From NCBI GenBank assembly GCA_950097015.1, contig CATNEN010000033.1:3100001-3164000 (forward strand): a DNA stretch of 64,000 nt, in the 5' to 3' direction. The notes under the pieces were generated by a model. It was not told the origin of the DNA, did no database searches, and was given only the letters and a program-made list of their open reading frames with translations. The stretch comes from Macrostomum hystrix. Lineage: Eukaryota; Animalia; Platyhelminthes. This document shows positions 58,701 through 64,000 of the stretch, one piece after another; the stretch's first letter is position 1; each line of letters starts with the position of its first letter. Both the position numbers and the translations under genes were made by a program.

Positions 58701-61700
58701 CACTCCCCATCTTCTTACTTCACTCCCCATCTTCTTACTTCACTCCCCATCTTCTTACTTCACTCCCCATCTTCTTACTTCACTCCCCATCTTCTTACTT
58801 CACTCCCCATCTTTTTACTTCACTCCCCATCTTTTTACTTCACTCCCCATCTTCTTACTTCACTCCCCATCTTCTTACTTCACTCCCCATCTTCTTACTT
58901 CACTCCCCATCTTCTTACTTCACTCCCCATCTTCTTACTTCACTCCCCATCTTCTTACTTCACTCCGCATCTTCTTACTTCACTCCCCATCTTCTTACTT
59001 CACTCCGCAATCTTCTTACTTCACTCCCCATCTTCTTACTTCACTCCCCATCTTCTCATTCCACTCCCCATCTTCTTACTTCACTCCCCATCTTCTCTCT
59101 CAACTCCCCATATTCTCTCTAAACTCCCCATCTTCTCACTCCACTCCCCATCTTCTTACTTCACTCCCCATCTTCTCACTTCACTCCCCATCTTCTCTCT
59201 CCACTCCCCATCTTCTCATTCCACTCCCCATCTTCTCATTCCACTCCCCATCTTCTCATTCCACTCCCCATCTTCTTACTTCACTCCCCATCTTCTCTCT
59301 CAACTCCCCATCTTCTCACTCCACTCCCCATCTTCTTTCTCCACTCCCCATCTTCTCTCTCCACTCCCCATCTTCTCACTTCACTCCCCATCTTCTCACT
59401 CCACTCCCCATCTTCTCACTTCACTCCCCATCTTCTCACTCCACTCCCCATCTTCTCACTCCACTCCCCATCTTCTCATTCCACTCCCCATCTTCTCATT
59501 CCACTCCCCATCTTCTCTCTCCACTCCCCATCTTCTCACTTCACTCCCCATCTTCTCACTTCACTCCCCATCTTCTCTCTCCACTCCCCATCTTCTCACT
59601 TCACTCCCCATCTTCTCTCTCCACTCCCCATCTTCTCACTTCACTCCCCATCTTCTCACTCCACTCCCCATCTTCTCACTCCACTCCCCATCTTCTCACT
59701 TCACTCCCCATCTTCTCACTCCACTCCCCATCTTCTCACTCCACTCCCCATCTTCTTACTTCACTCCCCATCTTCTTACTTCACTCCCCATCTTCTTACT
59801 TCACTCCCCATCTTCTTACTTCACTCCCCATCTTCTTACTTCACTCCCCATCTTCTTACTTCACTCCCCATCTTCTTACTTCACTCCCCATCTTCTTACT
59901 TCACTCCCCATCTTCTTACTTCACTCCCCATCTTCTTACTTCACTCCCCATCTTCTTACTTCACTCCCCATCTTCTTACTTCACTCCCCATCTTCTTACT
60001 TCACTCCCCATCTTCTTACTTCACTCCCCATCTTCTTACTTCACTCCCCATCTTCTTACTTCACTCCCCATCTTTTTACTTCACTCCCCATCTTTTTACT
60101 TCACTCCCCATCTTCTTACTTCACTCCCCATCTTCTTACTTCACTCCCCATCTTTTTACTTCACTCCCCATCTTCTTACTTCACTCCCCATCTTCTTACT
60201 TCACTCCCCATCTTCTTACTTCACTCCCCATCTTCTTACTTCACTCCCCATCTTCTTACTTCACTCCCCATCTTCTTACTTCACTCCCCATCTTCTTACT
60301 TCACTCCCCATCTTCTTACTTCACTCCCCATCTTCTTACTTCACTCCCCATCTTCTTACTTCACTCCCCATCTTCTTACTTCACTCCCCATCTTCTTACT
60401 TCACTCCCCATCTTCTTACTTCACTCCGCAATCTTCTTACTTCACTCCCCATCTTCTTACTTCACTCCCCATCTTCTTACTTCACTCCCCATCTTCTCAC
60501 TCCACTCCCCATCTTCTTACTTCACTCCCCATCTTCTCATTCCACTCCCCATCTTCTCATTCCACTCCCCATCTTCTTACTTCACTCCCCATCTTCTTAC
60601 TTCACTCCCCATCTTATCTCTAGACTCCGCATCTTCTCACTTCACTCCCCATCTTCTTACTTCACTCCCCATCTTCTTTCTTCACTCTCCATCTTCTTAC
60701 TTCACTCCCCATCTTTTTACTTCACTCCCCATCTTCTTACTTCACTCCCCATCTTCTTACTTCACTCCCCATCTTCTTACTTCACTCCCCATCTTCTTAC
60801 TTCACTCCCCATCTTCTTACTTCACTCCCCATCTTCTTACTTCACTCCCCATCTTCTTACTTCACTCCCCATCTTCTTACTTCACTCCCCATCTTCTTAC
60901 TTCACTCCCCATCTTCTTACTTCACTCCCCATCTTTTTACTTCACTCCCCATCTTTTTACTTCACTCCCCATCTTCTTACTTCACTCCCATCTTCTTACT
61001 TCACTCCCCATCTTCTTACTTCACTCCCCATCTTCTTACTTCACTCCCCATCTTCTTACTTCACTCCCCATCTTCTTACTTCACTCCGCATCTTCTTACT
61101 TCACTCCCCATCTTCTTACTTCACTCCGCAATCTTCTTACTTCACTCCCCATCTTCTTACTTCACTCCCATCTTCTCATTCCACTCCCCATCTTCTTACT
61201 TCACTCCCCATCTTCTCTCTCAACTCCCCATATTCTCTCTAAACTCCCCATCTTCTCACTCCACTCCCCATCTTCTTACTTCACTCCCCATCTTCTCACT
61301 TCACTCCCCATCTTCTCTCTCCACTCCCCATCTTCTCACTTCACTCCCCATCTTCTCACTCCACTCCCCATCTTCTCACTCCACTCCCCATCTTCTCATT
61401 CCACTCCCCATCTTCTCATTCCACTCCCCATCTTCTCTCTCCACTCCCCATCTTCTCACTTCACTCCCCATCTTCTCACTTCACTCCCCATCTTCTCTCT
61501 CCACTCCCCATCTTCTCACTTCACTCCCCATCTTCTCTCTCCACTCCCCATCTTCTCACTTCACTCCCCATCTTCTCACTCCACTCCCCATCTTCTCACT
61601 CCACTCCCCATCTTCTCACTTCACTCCCCATCTTCTCACTCCACTCCCCATCTTCTCACTCCACTCCCCATCTTCTTACTTCACTCCCCATCTTCTTACT

Positions 61701-64000
61701 TCACTCCCCATCTTCTTACTTCACTCCCCATCTTCTTACTTCACTCCCCATCTTCTTACTTCACTCCCCATCTTCTTACTTCACTCCCCATCTTCTTACT
61801 TCACTCCCCATCTTCTTACTTCACTCCCCATCTTCTTACTTCACTCCCATCTTCTTACTTCACTCCCCATCTTCTTACTTCACTCCCCATCTTCTTACTT
61901 CACTCCCCATCTTCTTACTTCACTCCCCATCTTCTTACTTCACTCCCCATCTTCTTACTTCACTCCCCATCTTCTTACTTCACTCCCATCTTTTTACTTC
62001 ACTCCCCATCTTTTTACTTCACTCCCCATCTTCTTACTTCACTCCCCATCTTCTTACTTCACTCCCCATCTTTTTACTTCACTCCCCATCTTCTTACTTC
62101 ACTCCCCATCTTCTTACTTCACTCCCCATCTTCTTACTTCACTCCCCATCTTCTTACTTCACTCCCCATCTTCTTACTTCACTCCCCATCTTCTTACTTC
62201 ACTCCCCATCTTCTTACTTCACTCCCCATCTTCTTACTTCACTCCCCATCTTCTTACTTCACTCCCCATCTTCTTACTTCACTCCCCATCTTCTTACTTC
62301 ACTCCCCATCTTCTTACTTCACTCCCCATCTTCTTACTTCACTCCGCAATCTTCTTACTTCACTCCCCATCTTCTTACTTCACTCCCCATCTTCTTACTT
62401 CACTCCCCATCTTCTCACTCCACTCCCCATCTTCTTACTTCACTCCCCATCTTCTCATTCCACTCCCCATCTTCTCATTCCACTCCCCATCTTCTTACTT
62501 CACTCCCCATCTTCTTACTTCACTCCCCATCTTATCTCTAGACTCCGCATCTTCTCACTTCACTCCCCATCTTCTTACTTCACTCCCCATCTTCTTTCTT
62601 CACTCTCCATCTTCTCACTTCACTCCCCATCTTCTCACTTCACTCCCCATCTTCTCTCTCCACTCCCCATCTTCTCACTTCACTCCCCATCTTCTCTCTC
62701 CACTCCCCATCTTCTCACTTCACTCCCCATCTTCTCACTCCACTCCCCATCTTCTCACTCCACTCCCCATCTTCTCACTTCACTCCCCATCTTCTCACTC
62801 CACTCCCCATCTTCTCACTCCACTCCCCATCTTCTTACTTCACTCCCCATCTTCTTACTTCACTCCCCATCTTCTTACTTCACTCCCCATCTTCTTACTT
62901 CACTCCCCATCTTCTTACTTCACTCCCCATCTTCTTACTTCACTCCCCATCTTCTTACTTCACTCCCCATCTTCTTACTTCACTCCCCATCTTCTTACTT
63001 CACTCCCCATCTTCTTACTTCACTCCCCATCTTCTTACTTCACTCCCCATCTTCTTACTTCACTCCCCATCTTCTTACTTCACTCCCCATCTTCTTACTT
63101 CACTCCCCATCTTCTTACTTCACTCCCCATCTTCTTACTTCACTCCCCATCTTTTTACTTCACTCCCCATCTTTTTACTTCACTCCCCATCTTCTTACTT
63201 CACTCCCCATCTTCTTACTTCACTCCCCATCTTTTTACTTCACTCCCCATCTTCTTACTTCACTCCCCATCTTCTTACTTCACTCCCCATCTTCTTACTT
63301 CACTCCCCATCTTCTTACTTCACTCCCCATCTTCTTACTTCACTCCCCATCTTCTTACTTCACTCCCCATCTTCTTACTTCACTCCCCATCTTCTTACTT
63401 CACTCCCCATCTTCTTACTTCACTCCCCATCTTCTTACTTCACTCCCCATCTTCTTACTTCACTCCCCATCTTCTTACTTCACTCCCCATCTTCTTACTT
63501 CACTCCGCAATCTTCTTACTTCACTCCCCATCTTCTTACTTCACTCCCCATCTTCTTACTTCACTCCCCATCTTCTCACTCCACTCCCCATCTTCTTACT
63601 TCACTCCCCATCTTCTCATTCCACTCCCCATCTTCTCATTCCACTCCCCATCTTCTTACTTCACTCCCCATCTTCTTACTTCACTCCCCATCTTATCTCT
63701 AGACTCCGCATCTTCTCACTTCACTCCCCATCTTCTTACTTCACTCCCCATCTTCTTTCTTCACTCTCCATCTTCTTACTTCACTCCCCATCTTTTTACT
63801 TCACTCCCCATCTTCTTACTTCACTCCCCCATCTTCTTACTTCACTCCCCATCTTCTTACTTCACTCCCCATCTTCTTACTTCACTCCCCATCTTCTTAC
63901 TTCACTCCCCATCTTCTTACTTCACTCCCCATCTTCTTACTTCACTCCCCATCTTCTTACTTCACTCCCCATCTTCTTACTTCACTCCCCATCTTCTTAC
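52716..64000 (+). repeat. Satellite array, 20-bp monomer CACTCCCCATCTTCTTACTT (about 560 copies; runs off the window end)
   Basis: Visible directly; variant monomers form higher-order blocks. Confidence 0.99.

Overview
Eukaryotic, probably invertebrate, DNA: it has spliceosomal introns, a Ty3/Gypsy element and RTE-like LINE fragments. Positions 1 to ~48.9 kb are a tandem, shuffled mosaic of one unrecognised multi-gene module. It has six recurring genes (my labels A-F). A is a spliced ~831-aa protein ending in a superfamily-3 (SF3) helicase of the ssDNA-virus Rep/NS1 type. B and C, and D and E, form divergent pairs. F is a Zn-finger/acidic/Cys-rich gene. The module also carries a large nested palindrome whose central loop is inverted (flip/flop) between its two copies, a second branched hairpin, ~96-bp palindromic repeat arrays and two tRNA-like Pol III units. 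I found no capsid or DDE transposase gene in it. My hypothesis (inference) is an endogenised or still mobile hairpin-ended, Rep-driven replicon amplified in tandem. Later insertions are a full-length young Gypsy element (35177-40263), two probable solo LTRs and a TA-flanked MITE. Positions 48.9-52.7 kb are decayed TE fragments (LINE, gag, P-like transposase), and 52.7-64 kb is a 20-bp satellite with higher-order structure. All alignments were done by eye; no database searches were run.
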